This document shows positions 41,200-56,082 of a DNA stretch of 64,000 nt, one piece after another. The notes under the pieces were generated by a model. That model saw only the letters and a program-made list of their open reading frames with translations, was not told the origin of the DNA and searched no databases. Position 1 is the stretch's first letter. Each line of letters opens with the position of its first letter. This DNA comes from Octopus vulgaris (lineage: Eukaryota), in NCBI GenBank assembly GCA_951406725.2, contig OX597820.1, positions 66,030,001 through 66,094,000 on the forward strand. Direction: 5' to 3'. The position numbers and the translations under genes are program-made.

Positions 41200-41531
41200 C
41201 ATCATCATCCAAGTCAGGTGTCGCACTATGCGATGCTGTGGTCATCACGATGTCTGGCCACCTTCTCCTGTCTTTTACCCCATGGACAGCTGAGAATAAA
41301 GACAATCCTGTAGCTGCGATGTCTTTCAGCCAAGAAGTGGGTGGTCAGCCTCTTTTACGTCTGGCGCTCACCTTGCCAATTATGTTCGTTCGCTCAAGTC
41401 CATCCTGGCGCATGACGTGGCCAAAGAACCGTAGCTTCCGCTTCATGATGTTTCGCCGAAGCATAATCTCGCAACCGAGCTTTTCTAGTACCCAGTTGTT
41501 CGTCCTTCTCACCGTCCACGACACTCTAAGT
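41200..41531 (-). mobile_element. RTE-clade LINE, 5'-truncated 3' end
   Basis: LRVSWTVRRTNNWVL...KRKLRFFGHVMRQDGLE...GKVSARRKRG*PPTSWLKDI...DRRRW; (gat)n tail; agtagtt on both sides (possible TSD). Confidence 0.9.
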
Positions 41532-42029
41532 AGTAGTTAAGAACGTTAATTTTTATATCTAATATTGTATTAAATTTATTTTCTCCTACATAAACCCTTG
41601 TAATAATGCATTTACTAATCTTCAGTTATATGACAGTAGAATTAATTTCTGGGAAAGATACACGATAGACCTTATTACATATTCAAGTAGTTATATTTTT
41701 GAGAAGTATTCATTTCAATATGGCCGCTGTTGTGAAGTATTCAACGTATGTCGTGATTCTGAAGATTTAGAAACACCTTGCCGATGGTTTTCAGTTAGAT
41801 TCTGAATTACATTTGTTGTTATAGATCGTATCTCTCGTAGAAAGATGTTTAATTGAATATACATTATGCAGTAATAAGTTTTTACTTGTCTACTTAAAGT
41901 TGAAAAACTATTAAACGTTTTAACAAATTTATAAAATTAAACAATTGTAAGTAATTTTTGATTTAAGACACAAAAATAATGCATCACGTTTCTAAATATT
42001 TTTACAAAATAATTCTATCATATTGGCTT

Positions 42030-42390
42030 CAAATTTTTTGCACAAAGCTGGAAATTTGAGGTTACATCGACCCCAGTGCTTAACTGGTATTTAATTCATC
42101 GTCATTGAAATGACGGAGAGCAAAGTCAACCTCGGCGAAATTTAAACTCACAGCGTGAGGCGGGATGAAATGACGCTAATCTTTTCCCCACGGCATGCTA
42201 AAGATTCTTTTGTACTCTAGGCACAAGGCCCGAAATTTCGGGGGAAGGACCAGTCGATTAGATCGACCCCAGTACACATCTGGTACTTAATTTACCGACC
42301 TCGACGGAATTTGAACTCAGAACGTATAGACAGACGAAATATCGCTAAGCATTTCGCCCTGCGTGCTAACGATACAGCCAGCTCGCTGCC
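42030..42390 (-). mobile_element. SINE family B, two stacked short-tail units
   Basis: Two gatcgaccccagt..ctggta blocks; head gccagctcgctgcc. Confidence 0.75.
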
Positions 42391-42424
42391 TTCAATAATT
42401 CTATTATATTCTTGTATTCATTCA

Positions 42425-42810
42425 TTTATTTCACTCATGGATTTACGGCCATGCTGGGGCAACGCCTTTGAGGGTTTAGTTGAACAAATAGCCCCCACTA
42501 CTTATTTTTTAATCTTGGTTATTATTCTATCGCTAAGTAGTGGCGACGTAAACAAACTAACACCGGCTGTGAAGCGGTGGCGGGATAAAAACAAACACAC
42601 ACACATACACACATATATATACACACATATACACACAGACGCACGCACATACACACGCAGAATTTTATGATGGACATTCACGCAGTTTGCGTCTTCTAAA
42701 TTCACTCACAAGGCATTAGCCAACCTGGGGCTATAGTAGAAGACACTTGCTCAAGATGCCGCGGAGGGGAACTGAAATCGAAACCAAGTGGATGCAAAGC
42801 AAGTTTGTTA
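42425..42810 (-). mobile_element. SINE family A, diverged
   Basis: Head and tail similarity. Confidence 0.75.
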
Positions 42811-42925
42811 GCTTCGCTGTCTAAGCTTGTGTGTGTGTGTGTGCGCGCGCGCTCATGTGTGATGCTGAGAGAGAAAGAGGGAGAGAGAAAAAGAGACAGA
42901 AGGCAAGATAAATAGATAGATAAAC

Positions 42926-43028
<103 letters not shown>

Positions 43029-43844
43029 CTTACTTATACATGTATATACATATATATATAGATATTCATAAACATATGTGTGTGTATATATATATATATG
43101 TGTGTGTGTGTGTATGTATTTATGTATATAAAGTGTTAGACATATTTTTCGTTTCCTTTTTGAATATTTTATTGTTGATTTTTTTTTTTTCTGCCATCCT
43201 AGTCTAAACTCCTGTTATGCAGTAATTGGTTTGTCCTCGCTTTCTAAATTGAATCCATAAGAAACTACCCGCAACATCAGCAACAACAACAACAACGACA
43301 ACAACAACGACAACACTGTTTTTTTCCCCTAAAAAAGAAAAAAAACGAAACGAAACGCATAGCAAACGAAGCAATTAAACAGAAGAAAATTATTTTCTTT
43401 TCTGGAATCCGACGAATTTTACAAACCAATTTCTTCAGCTTGTTGTTGTGCTTCTGGTAGATGCTGCTGCTGTTGTTGTTGCTGTTGCCGTTGTTGTTGT
43501 TGGAGGAGGTGTTGTTGTTGTTATTGTTGTTGTTGTTCGTCTTCTTGGAATTGTAACGTTCATCCTTCCTTCAATGATTTATTTCCAAAAATTTCTTTGT
43601 TTTAAAAGAGAGAAAATAGGAGTAACTTTGAAGTGTGTGTGTGTGCGTGTGTGTGTGTATGTGTGTGTGTGCGTGTGTGTGTATGCGAGAAAGAGAGAGT
43701 ATGTATATGTCTGTGTATGTGCTAAGAATATATGTCGGTCTTCTGAGTATATATGCACTCATATATCCACACATACACACACACACACATACACACAAAC
43801 ACACGATAAACGAACACATGCATACAAATATATATATATATGTG

Positions 43845-43896
<52 letters not shown>

Positions 43897-44592
43897 TATA
43901 TGTGTCTGTGTGTATACTTATATATATAAATGTATATATATATACAAATATAAATATATATATATATATATATCTATATGTGTGTGTGTGTGTGTGTGTG
44001 TATGTATATATATGTCATTTATTAGAACGACAACAGAGTGTCATTTGGATAACTAGAGGTGTAACATAGACATATGTGAGTGGGTTGGGTTTTTTTCTTT
44101 ATATTTTTTTCTGTAATTTTTCCCATGTCTATCATACATCTATATTTATCGAAGGCAAAAACAAAAGACATACGTTGCTTTGTTTGAGTTTAATTAATCA
44201 ATAGACGTTGCCAAATATTGCATTGTTATCAGAATTAATGTAGAAAACAAAATTTTGTTCTATCCGAGACGTTGGATATCTTATATATTAATATATAAAC
44301 ACATGTGCTTTTGAGCGTATGCGTGGGCATACATATGAGTGGACAAACGAAAGAAAGTTGGTTTGAACGCTTTTGGCTGGAGTTATGTATATTATTCAGT
44401 AACAATTTGACTCAGCTTCCTGCTACTTAAAGTTTCGTAGGTTCGCAGAACGAGCTTACCTCCTCGGGCATCAAGTGACAGACTCTCTCTAAAATCTCGA
44501 AGTTAATTTGAGTCGAGTCAAACTGTTACAAAGTAATATGTATGTGTGTGTGCTATATATATAAATAGATAGATAGATAGACACACACAAAA

Positions 44593-44653
<61 letters not shown>

Positions 44654-44667
44654 ACACATGTTTGTAT

Positions 44668-44812
44668 AGGCGGGTGGGGTGGCTGTGTGGTAAGAAGTTT
44701 CCGGGTTCAGTCCCACTGCGTGCTACCTTGGGTGAGTGTCTTCTACGATAAGCCTCAGGCCGACCGAAGATTTTAGAGCGGATTTGGTAGACTGAAACTG
44801 AAAAAACCTGTC

Positions 44813-44854
<42 letters not shown>

Positions 44855-45050
44855 ATGTATGTGTGTATGTATGTATGTATGTATGAATGTATGTATGTAT
44901 GAATATATGTATGTATATACATGTGTGTGTGTGTGTGTGTGTTTGCACCCTCCTCCAGCCATCACTTGACAACCGACGCTGGTGTGTTCAGGTCTCCGCA
45001 ACATGGCAGTTCGACAAAAAAGAGACAATAGAATAAGTACTAGGCTTTAA
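44668..45050 (+). mobile_element. SINE family A, diverged
   Basis: ggctgtgtggtaagaag...gggttcagtcccactgcgtg...aatagaataagtactaggc. Confidence 0.8.
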
Positions 45051-45468
45051 AAAAATTAGGTTCAAGTCTTTAAGCCTTTGCCTATATTTACCCACACACA
45101 CAGACAGAGACACAAACACATTCATATGTATGTGTGCGCGCACACCAGTAAACATTCACGCACACATGTGCCCATCCAAACGCACTCATACACACGTATA
45201 CACATACATACATACATACATACATACATACGTACGTACGTACAGAAAGACATCGGTCATCCTGTCAACAGGCTCAGACCTTCGCTCACACACGTACACA
45301 TACGATCGCCCATATGCTATAAACAATCCTATTTACGCTAAGTTCAGTGCAGTACGATGCCGAAACGATGGTTGTGCTAATAACCTTTTCTAGTTACACT
45401 CCGTCTTCAGTATTAATCTTTTAAATGTGAGCGTGTGTGTATGTGCGCGCGCATGCATGTGTGTGTGC

Positions 45469-45547
<79 letters not shown>

Positions 45548-45568
45548 CGTGTGTGTGTGTGCGTGTGT

Positions 45569-45868
45569 GGAGGCGCAATGGCCCAGCGGTTAGGGCAGCG
45601 GACTCGCAGTCGTAGGATCGCGGTTTCGATTCCCAGACAGGGCGTTGTGAGTATTTATTGAGCGAAAACACCTAAAGCTCCACGAGTCTCCGACAGGGGG
45701 TGGTGGTGATCCCTGCTGTACTCTTTCGCCACAACTTTCTCTCACTTTTTTTTCTGTTGGCCTACTCGCTTAGCCAGCGGGGTGACATCACTTGATGTCT
45801 AAAACAATGTGAAGCGCTTTGTGACGAGCGATGTGTAGCAACATCTGATAGCCTGGTCGATCATGTGA
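45569..45868 (+). mobile_element. tRNA-derived SINE (family C)
   Basis: tRNA-like head ggaggcgcaaTGGCCCAGCGGttagggcagcggactcgcagtcgtaggatcgcGGTTTCGATTCCcag followed by ~230 bp of non-tRNA body. Confidence 0.8.
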
Positions 45869-45978
45869 TATATATATATATATGTGTGTGTGTGTGTATA
45901 TATATATTTATTCATATATATATATGCATGTATGTATGTATGTATGTATGTATGTATGTATATATATATATATATCCC

Positions 45979-46160
45979 AGAGTAAGCACGTAAATGTGAA
46001 ACAAGGCGGAAAATAGTACTCGATAACCAGAGGTAGAGTAATATGCTTTATTAAAAAGCACAAACATATCACAAAACCATATCACAGAGTTTCGCCTTCC
46101 CTTTCGAAAAGGAACGTTGAGTAACAGTTTGTGTGATATTTTTGCTGCTTTTTACTAAGG
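45979..46160 (-). mobile_element. small HHR-family element with inverted end, between (TA)n tracts
   Basis: Reverse complement of the 17291/56065 family; inverted copy gagtaacagtttgtgtgatatttttgctgc at 46118-46148. Confidence 0.7.
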
Positions 46161-46176
46161 TATATATATGTGCGTG

Positions 46177-46231
<55 letters not shown>

Positions 46232-46320
46232 GCATATCTGAAATTTATAATTTATAGAAAAACAGAAGACGAAAACACAAGTAAATGTATTAGTTTGACG
46301 TTCGGGAAAAATGAAGAAGT

Positions 46321-46356
46321 CTTTAATGTTTCGAGCCTACGCTCTTCAACAGAAAG
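46321..46356 (-). ncRNA. degenerate minimal hammerhead-like motif
   Basis: Reverse complement cttt-CTGTTGA-a-gagc-gtag-gctc-GAAAC-ATT-aaag; helix I and II of 4 bp each; non-canonical core. Confidence 0.5.
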
Positions 46357-46418
46357 GAATAAGAGGAAATAAATAGAGAGCGGTTAAAAAAACTTCAAGA
46401 GTTCAGCGGTCCAGCTGA

Positions 46419-46469
<51 letters not shown>

Positions 46470-46687
46470 CACAAGCATGGTGGTGTAAACAGGAAAACTA
46501 GAATTCTAAATATGAGTATATGTATGTTATTTAGCAGAAAGAACAGAGTGACTCAAGCGTTTCATGCGTTGGCACTTATCAGTCTAGTTGTGTGAATGTG
46601 AGGGTGTGTGTATGTGCATGTGTACGCGCGTATGTATGTATGTTTGTATATTTGTATGAATTTAGTAAAATCGGTATGCACACACAT

Positions 46688-47091
46688 AGGCGCAGGAGTG
46701 GCTGTGTGGTAAGTAGCTTGCTTACCAACCACATGGTTCCGAGTTCAGTCCCACTGCGTGGCATCTTGGGCAAGTGTCTTCTGCTATAGCCCCGGGCCGA
46801 CCAATGCCTTGTGAGTGGATTTGGTAGACGGAAACTGAAAGAAGCCTGTCGTATATATGTATGTGTGTGTCTGTGTTTGTGTGTCTGTGTTTGTCCCCTA
46901 GTATTGTTTGACAACCGATGCTGGTGTGTTTACGTCCCCGTCACTTAGCGGTTCGGCAAAAGAGACCGATAGAATAAGTACTGGGCTTACAAAGAATAAG
47001 TCCCGGGGTCGATTTGCTCGACTAAAGGCGGTGCTCCAGCATGGCCGCAGTCAAATGACTGAAACAAGTAAAAGAGTAAAAGAGAAAAGAG
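46688..47091 (+). mobile_element. SINE family A, full length (reference copy)
   Basis: A/B boxes, CORE-like segment, short internal (TA)/(TG), (gtaaaaga)n tail. Confidence 0.95.
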
Positions 47092-47311
47092 TATAGCCAC
47101 AAGTACAACCAGTTTTAGACCACCACGTCGATTATCATCAACCAGTTGAATTCCCGTAAAGTCGTGAGGTTACTAATCCACTTAAGCTGAATTACTGGTC
47201 ATGATATACAGAGCAAATGTAGGAGAAGTTACGATATGCACAAGTTTATATCATTTGTTCGCCATGCACGTTTGCAACCTCTGCATTTCATTGTCTAAAT
47301 CCGTCTTAATC

Positions 47312-47445
47312 TTTTGAGTTCAAATTCGGCCGTGGGTGACTTTGACTGTCATCCTTTCGAGATCGATAAAATAAGTACCAGTTGAGTACTGTGGAGGTGT
47401 AATCGATTTGCCTCTCTCCTGAAACAACTGGCTTTGCGTCAAAAT
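47312..47445 (+). mobile_element. SINE family B fragment
   Basis: gagttcaaattc...tcatcctttcgagatcgataaaataagtaccag. Confidence 0.7.
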
Positions 47446-47448
47446 TTA

Positions 47449-48015
47449 TTGGGCTGTCCGGAAAGTTCGTACCGATTTATAGTAGCTTACTTTTCGACTT
47501 ATTTTAGAACATGGTTGAGTCCATAAAATAGGATTTGACTACACTTCCATTTAGAGAATAGTTTAAGCTATCTTTTCGTGGAAGAAGGTTTATGTTCCTA
47601 TCACCTGTGTTAATTCTGTAACCCTTTAAAATGGAAGATAAGAAAGTCCATTTTCGGCACTTGATCCATTGGGAACCAGACAAAAATTGCTGCAGCTCGG
47701 CTGGGATGTGTTACCCCATCCTCCATATTTACCAGATATTGTTTCTTCGGATTTCCACATATTCAGGTCTCTGCAGAATAGTCGTAATAATAAAAAATTT
47801 CAATTCCTTGGATGACGTAAAAAGATACCTTGATGAATTCTTTGCCACGAAACCACCTCAATTCTGGGAAAAGGGTATTTTCAAGTTAACAGAAAGATGG
47901 AGACGCATTGTGCAACAAAATGGATCATATTTGGTTGATTGAAAATGTAATGGCAAGTATTTATTAACCTTTTTCGTTCCTTTAAAAATTGGCACGAACT
48001 TTCCGGACAACCCAA
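47449..48015 (+). mobile_element. internally deleted mariner with both TIRs and TA TSD
   Basis: TIRs ttgggctgtccggaaagttcgtacc / ggcacgaactttccggacaacccaa; MEDKKVHFRHL joined to LGWDVLPHPPYLPDI...FWEKGIFKLTERWRRIVQQNGSYLVD. Confidence 0.92.
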
Positions 48016-48092
48016 TATAATCAAAACGTATGTGCGTACGTGTCTATGTATTCTACTTAATTTATATTTTACTTAGTTTCAGCATCCCCAGT

Positions 48093-48103
48093 CGTCATCA
48101 TCC

Positions 48104-48184
<81 letters not shown>

Positions 48185-48195
48185 ACATCATCATC
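48093..48195. repeat. (CAT)n microsatellite
   Basis: Direct run; source of spurious polyHis ORF. Confidence 0.95.
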
Positions 48196-48839
48196 TTTAT
48201 TATATTTTTATACGTATATATTTAATATTATTATTTATATTTCTAGTGGCTGGTGGGGACATAGATTTTCTTTTGTAAAACAAGAATATTCCCATCAGGA
48301 TAACAATACATCGCCATTTTTCGAATTGCGCGCCAACACATTTTTCTACATTTTCCTTTGTTTTTGTTTTTTTCTTTTAACATTTCATCTTACAGACACA
48401 CACACACACAAACACATAAACACATGCACGCACACAGATACAGACGCACATACATCTATACACATCTCAATAAAGATCTATACGATGTACATGTATACCT
48501 GCATCCATACATCGATACACATATGTGCGTAATGTAGCTTTGTAGATATGAATGCATGTAAGCAAGTATACGTTTCATTGTGTCCTCCTATGCGTGTAAG
48601 AGCGTGCATGCGTGTGTGCGCGCGCATGTGTATGCACATTTGTGTCTATATATACGTATGCATGTGTGCGTGTGTGTGTGTATGTGTGTGTGTATGTGTT
48701 TGTTGTTTTGTTCTTTTTCACTGAACTCCCTAATGTAATTATACTTTCTCTACACTGGAGGTCGTGGGAAATGTAAAACACCAGGTTTTACAAATGTCTT
48801 TGCCTTTTTCTCTTTATACTCACCCACATACACGCATGA

Positions 48840-48898
<59 letters not shown>

Positions 48899-49053
48899 CA
48901 TATATATTCATATATATTCATATATATATATATATATGTAAACATATATACATACACATGTCCATGTGTGTGTCTGGTATGTATACGTATGTAAAGATGC
49001 CTGTATGTATGTATGTATATATGTATCTATATATGTGTGTTTGTGTGTGTATA

Positions 49054-49089
<36 letters not shown>

Positions 49090-49288
49090 CGTAAGTATCT
49101 GTGTGTGTAGGTGACTATATACCTATATGTGTGTGTATGTGTTTGTCGTGTATCTGTATATGTATGTGTATATATATATGTATGTATATGTAGTATATAT
49201 ATATATATAATCCTTTTTTTACGACTGACTTCATAGTTATTACTGCAACACCACCACCACCATCACCACCACCACCGGCACTAGCAAC

Positions 49289-49350
<62 letters not shown>

Positions 49351-49961
49351 CTGCTGGAGCGGCGGCAGCAGCAGCAGCAGCAGCAAAAGTAGGAGTTGTT
49401 GTTGTCATTGCTTTTGCCTGAGCCAAAAGAATTGGTTCAAGACCAATTACGATTAGAATTCCCAGGGCAATGGCTCGGGGAATTCTAAACTTGTGATTGA
49501 TTCATATACAACAAAGTACAGCCATGGAGAAAGACACGGATTTTTTTTTTTATATATATATCTTGTATTTTTATTTATTATATATTCTTTCAGAGTTATT
49601 ACTTCCATGTGTTGATGTTGCTGATAATGATGATGGTATGGTTGTTGTTGTTATCGTTATTCTAGACGTTATTGTTGCTGATTGTGTTGTAATTGGTGTT
49701 GTTGTTGTTGTGTCTGCTTATAACTACAGTTTAAAACTGTTGCTGACAACAATAACAACCGCAACAACAGCAACAAACATGAGTAATAATTTTTTTTTCC
49801 CTTTTCCTGTTTAATAATGACCGTTGATTATATTTTCAGTTGTCGGCCATTTTTATTTAATGTTTTATACATACATCGACACAGAAACACATACACACAA
49901 GTGCACTAACGTATAAGCGCACATACACGCAGTCACTTACACATACTGACACACGTCACAT

Positions 49962-50017
<56 letters not shown>

Positions 50018-50098
50018 CATATGTGTGTGGGGGGGGGAGATTTATGTACTATATATATATGCACATATGCGTATGTATGTGTGTGTGTGTGCATGCGT

Positions 50099-50135
<37 letters not shown>

Positions 50136-50769
50136 TATATGTATGTATGCTTGCATTTTTATATTGAGTATTTATATGCATTTATATCTACGTCCATGTG
50201 TGTGTTTATATGCATGTTTGTGCCTATATGTGTGAGCTCACATACATACACAAATAGGCAACATACGTGAGTGTATGCATATGTGTGACTAAGTGTGTAT
50301 GTATGAGTTATTGTCAAGATCGGATGCGTTGCTATTGTAGCCAGTGTCATTATTTCAAATTTTCACTCTTCATGCCTTCCCCAGATGGCGTGTGAATGAA
50401 TAAAGTGTTGAAAAAATACTAACAGAATTATTCTTGGCGTTCAAAATCACGACAGAACGTATTTTATAAATTTCCGGCTAATGGAGGGGTCTCTTTCTGT
50501 TTGTAACGTGTAGCTTAATCCGGTTGTATTTCCTGTTATAATTCCCCAGGTAAAATTTGTTCCATTGATGGCATTTAGACATTATTTCCGTTCCTTTGTA
50601 TAAATATCGTTTTGCTGTGATACGATATTTTTCCGTAGCACGGATTTTTCAATTCGCTCTATTCATTACGTATGGTACAGTATCTTAGATAATTGACCAG
50701 AATATATCGAAATCATTCCGAGATCATTCAATTTCTATAGAAAAAAAAAGCGGTCAACGCTGTGTCTTT

Positions 50770-53260
50770 CAGTGCATTGTTTTCTTCAGCCAAGTCGGTC
50801 TAGGTGTACACCTCTTTCCGGTGCTATTGACTATTCGTGTTTCCTTGCCCTCATTCCTAGACGTAGACATTTGATTGAAGAAACATTATTTAAAGTGCTT
50901 TTGCTCGTGCCGATATACCATTTTTTCCTTTATCACTCCCCACGTACCTTAGTTTTGTAGGTAACTACTGTGCTTAAACAATCATTATTAAATAAATATT
51001 TCCCCTAAGTCAAGTTATTTCATACAGCTGAATAGGTTTCATTCTTATTGTCTTTTAGCAGACTTTACATTAATTCGCTGTCGAAATTTTTCGTACAGTT
51101 GTAGCTAACCTTCATCAAATAACAAACGGTTATTTGCAACTGGTTGGGAAGTGTTTTCTGACACAGAATATAAAATATTGACCTTCCCGCCATTCCACAT
51201 TTTTGCTGAATAACGAAGTTATGCTAGATAAGCTTCAAAACTGTAACGATATATACACAATCGGAGACCTTTTCAAAGCCAGCAAAAGTTATTATTAAAG
51301 TGCCTGAATTCCAAGTCTGAGTAAGAATATCTGGTTACTACAACTTCGCGATCAACGGAAGCCTGCTTTTTTCCCCTTAGTATACTCTCCAATGCAATCT
51401 GTAATCCTATTCTGCATAACCGAACTGAACTAATGTTACAGTTATACCTGTCCAGTTTTCATACTCTATGATATCTCTCTGTTAGGAATGTGTTAAATTC
51501 TACTCCAAACTTCTAATCTTCAGATACGTGTTCTACCTTCCATATATTACGAAATAGCACCAATAATACTTATGCGGTCAACGTATTTATCTGTTTACAG
51601 TATTTCTCCTGTAATTCCCTCCAACCGGGGTCATTTTGATTTTTAATTGCTCACTGGCTCTTGTCATTTCTTCTACAGATATTTTGCGTTCAACCATATT
51701 CGGCACTTCTTGTGGTTCGGGAATTACCAGATCATTTCTTCCATTCAACGCCTTGTTCAGGATTCTGTTAAAATGGTCTTTCCATTTTCCACGGATTTTT
51801 ACATCCAATGTTTTTCGATTCGAACCCACCCACATCGATATTAAACACAAGTAATCTTTTTGATTAATTTACATTGCTTGTAATATTATTTATTATTTCA
51901 TCGGGTTTTTCTGATCCCCCTATTATCTCCCCCATTGACTAACTTAACTGCTTCATCAATTTTTACTTTGAAGAATCTCCTTTTATCTCTTCCTAAACAC
52001 ATTTTCACCTCTGTTGCAACTCCAATATTTAGTTTTCTACTTTAAAGTCTATTCTTATTCCCTCTTCAATTTTCAGCAAATCATTTTGGTTCCTTTCGTG
52101 CCTCAATAATTTCTCATGTTTCATCTGAAATCCATTTCCCTTTTATCTTTCTTCTCCCTAGAAAATTTTGGCTAGATTCTGGTGCTGCATTTCCTTTACA
52201 TTTTTCCATGTATGCACCATTGATTCCTATAACAATTCACTCCATAGCTTCCAACACCACACATCGATTTCAAATTACAAATTCTCTTATTCTATCATCC
52301 TTTAATTTTTCTACACCAAACCTAGTAACCCCTTCCTTTTTTGATTTAACCTAAAGCTTTAATTAAATAGTCCCTCTTACTAACTAATGGTTATTTACAG
52401 CATCTGCACTTCGATATGTTCAAACATTTAGAAGTGATTTATTATGTTACCGATTTATCAAATTACGATTTATATGATTGCAAACTTTTCTTTTTGGATA
52501 TGCCTATGTATATCACTGAAAATCCTAGTTGTTTAAAGAACGTACTTCCTATGATGATATTGTTCGGTGTAGAGAGGCTGATCAATCTAACCTCATTTTC
52601 ATTAATATCTCCAAGCTTATGTAGATCCATTGTTTGTTTCATACCTCGTTACATCGTTATTACTCTCAGCTTTATGCATTTAGATCACCAGTTACAATTT
52701 TTATGTGTCTTGATGTGATGTTATCAATTCCCTCTTGTTACAGTCGGTTGAAAGAATTTTTCCTTTTATCATCTGCTTTATTTATCCGGGCATAGCAAAC
52801 AATAATATTGATGTTATATAACTCAGCTTTTAAGCTATTACTTAGAAGTTTCTATTGAAATAATGAGCTTCAAAACATTTTATTCACAATCTTGCAGACT
52901 TAGTTACAGCCCATATTAATTTCTCTTGTGGTCAAAAGCGCGTTGCCATCTCTTGCCATAATTTGATCTATCCCTCCAAAGTCTAGTTTCTCTTAGAGCT
53001 AACATATCAAATTTGCTTTGCTCCATCGTTCTATCTCTCTGCTTCAGTCTACCATCCTACTGCATGTTCAAATATTACATGCTTCAACACATGTTTTAGT
53101 ATTACATTTAAAACCGAGATATCTTTAGAATTTCTGTTTCCTCGGAATTTGTGGTTTTCATTACTTTCAAAATTCATTGGCTACATGCCACAGAAGTGAA
53201 GCCATCATCACGGTAGATGCCGCTTTCAGTCTCCAGTAGATGATATTTTTGTCAAAATAG
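50770..53260 (-). mobile_element. old, heavily decayed RTE-clade LINE (APE + RT)
   Basis: APE-like ACNI...MEQSKFDMLALRETR and CYAP; GKWKDHFNRILN, ISVEEMTRA; RT-like ENWTGIT, AGFR*SRSCSNQIFLLR, FAGFEKVSDCV; C-terminal PRPTWL. Confidence 0.85.
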
Positions 53261-53545
53261 GTTTACACCAAACAAGCTACCTAAGACATATCACTGGTAA
53301 CTTTATTGATGTCACCCCACTGTCGATTGCATGTCTAGTTTAGCAAGCTAAGACTGCCCATTATCGCGGTTATAATATTACGGTAAAGACACGAAACAAC
53401 TGAAATGAATTAACTACGACTGGTGAACATTTTTGTTACATACACACACACACACACACACAAATAGATACAAACACATGCACTCACGCACACACACATA
53501 TGTATATTTTCAATATATGTATTTATATCTACACATACACGCGCA

Positions 53546-53615
<70 letters not shown>

Positions 53616-53732
53616 GTGTGTGCGTGTGTGCATGAGAAGGGAATAATAAGGCCCCTGATCTCTGCAGGTCTTTCAGACTTCTAATGCAGAACTTTGGTAG
53701 ATTTAAAGTATGGCGAAGAGCGTAGGAAGAGA

Positions 53733-54543
53733 GAGTGAGTGAGTAAGTGAGTGACTGAGTGAATAAGTGAGTGAGTGAGTGACTGAGTGACTGACTGACT
53801 GACTGACTGACAGAGTGAGTGAGTGACTGACTGACTGACTAAGTGACCGAGTGAGGGACTGAGTGAGTAAGTGAGTGACTGAGTGAGTGACTGAGTGAAT
53901 AAGTGAGTGGGTGAGTGAGTGAGTGAGTGAGTGAGTGAGTGACTGACTGACTGACTGACTGACTAAGTGAATAAGTGAGTGAGTGAGTGACTGACTGACT
54001 GACTAAGTGACCGAGTGAGGGACTGAGTGAGTGATTAAGTGAGTGAGTGAGTGAGTGAGTGTGTGAGTGAATGAGTGAGTGAGTGAGTGAGTGAGTGAGT
54101 GAGTGAGTGAGTGAGTGAGTGAGTGAGTGAGTGAGTGAGTGAGTGAGTGAGTGAGTGAGTGAGTGAGTGACTGAGTGACTGACTGACTGACTGACTGACA
54201 GAGTGAGTGAGTGACTGACTGACTGACTAAGTGACCGAGTGAGGGACTGAGTGAGTAAGTGAGTGACTGAGTGAGTGACTGAGTGAATAAGTGAGTGGGT
54301 GAGTGAGTGAGTGAGTGAGTGAGTGAGTGACTGACTGACTGACTGACTGACTAAGTGAATAAGTGAGTGAGTGAGTGACTGACTGACTGACTAAGTGACC
54401 GAGTGAGGGACTGAGTGAGTGATTAAGTGAGTGAGTGAGTGAGTGAGTGTGTGAGTGAAGTGAGTGAGTGAGTGAGTGAGTGAGTGAGTGAGTGAGTGAG
54501 TGAGTGAGTGAGTGAGTGAGTGAGTGAGTAGGTGAGTGAGTGA
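53733..54543. repeat. (GAGT)/(GACT) satellite with ~388-bp higher-order duplication
   Basis: Marker cagagtgagt at 53811 and 54199; gactaagtgaccgagtgagggactgag four times. Confidence 0.9.
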
Positions 54544-54750
54544 AAGAAAGAGAGTTATCAAGTGGACCTGGTATGCAAATAACGTACACAGAAGACAACC
54601 AGTTTTAGTTCCATATCGTAAGAATAAATGAATACAGCTGAAATGCTTCTTGAAAACACTCTGACGTAGATTTCATGAATCTTAAATAGCTGGCAGATTG
54701 TCTCCAGTTATAAGGAAACGATGAACACGATGTGTATAGATAGATGCATT

Positions 54751-55499
<749 letters not shown>

Positions 55500-55979
55500 G
55501 AAACCAATGGTAAACTCTTTCGTTGCAATTTTGCCAACACCATGTCTTCTCAAAAAGGTTGCACTTGAAAACACTAAACATGGACGACGAAGTAAACAGT
55601 CACTATTCATAAAGTTATTTTGACTTTACAGTTAGTATTTAATCTTTGTTCAGTGCATGTTTAGTGTACACGAGTACAGAAGCCTATAAAACGAGTAGTT
55701 TTATATTTTGGCCTTGTATATATATGCCTACGTACTTATGTACAGATGTATGTATCCTGATAAATAGACGGATTAACTAGATAAATTTACTGTGTACTAA
55801 ATCATGGCAGGTATACACAAACATGCATAATTACATACATACCACACGTGCTTGTATGTGTGTTTGCGTTCGTGCACAAATGCATACGTATATCTGTGTA
55901 CGTATATATACATATATATATATATATATACAGATACGCACACATATATACATACATGTCTCTGTGTGTGTACGTGGTG

Positions 55980-56013
<34 letters not shown>

Positions 56014-56042
56014 TATATTATTAAAGCTGCAAAAACATCACG

Positions 56043-56082
56043 ACTGCCCGACCAACGGGAACATGAAACTCTGAGTAGCAGT
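56043..56082 (+). ncRNA. 40-nt type I hammerhead motif with CCGACCA core
   Basis: actgc-CCGACCA-acgggaacat-GAAA-ctctgag-TA-gcagt; perfect 5-bp helix I; helix III actc-t-gagt; inside inverted repeat 56016-56041 / 56102-56128. Confidence 0.7.

Noticed and set aside
45569-45645. Functional tRNA gene
   Set aside because: A/B boxes present but no proper acceptor stem or T-run terminator; continues into a SINE body.
47631-47942. SETMAR-like or active transposase gene
   Set aside because: Internally deleted, frameshifted mariner within TIRs; no SET domain.
54657-54700. CTGACGT-agatt/aatct-TAAA-TAGCTG as a hammerhead
   Set aside because: Four or more core deviations; compatible with chance.
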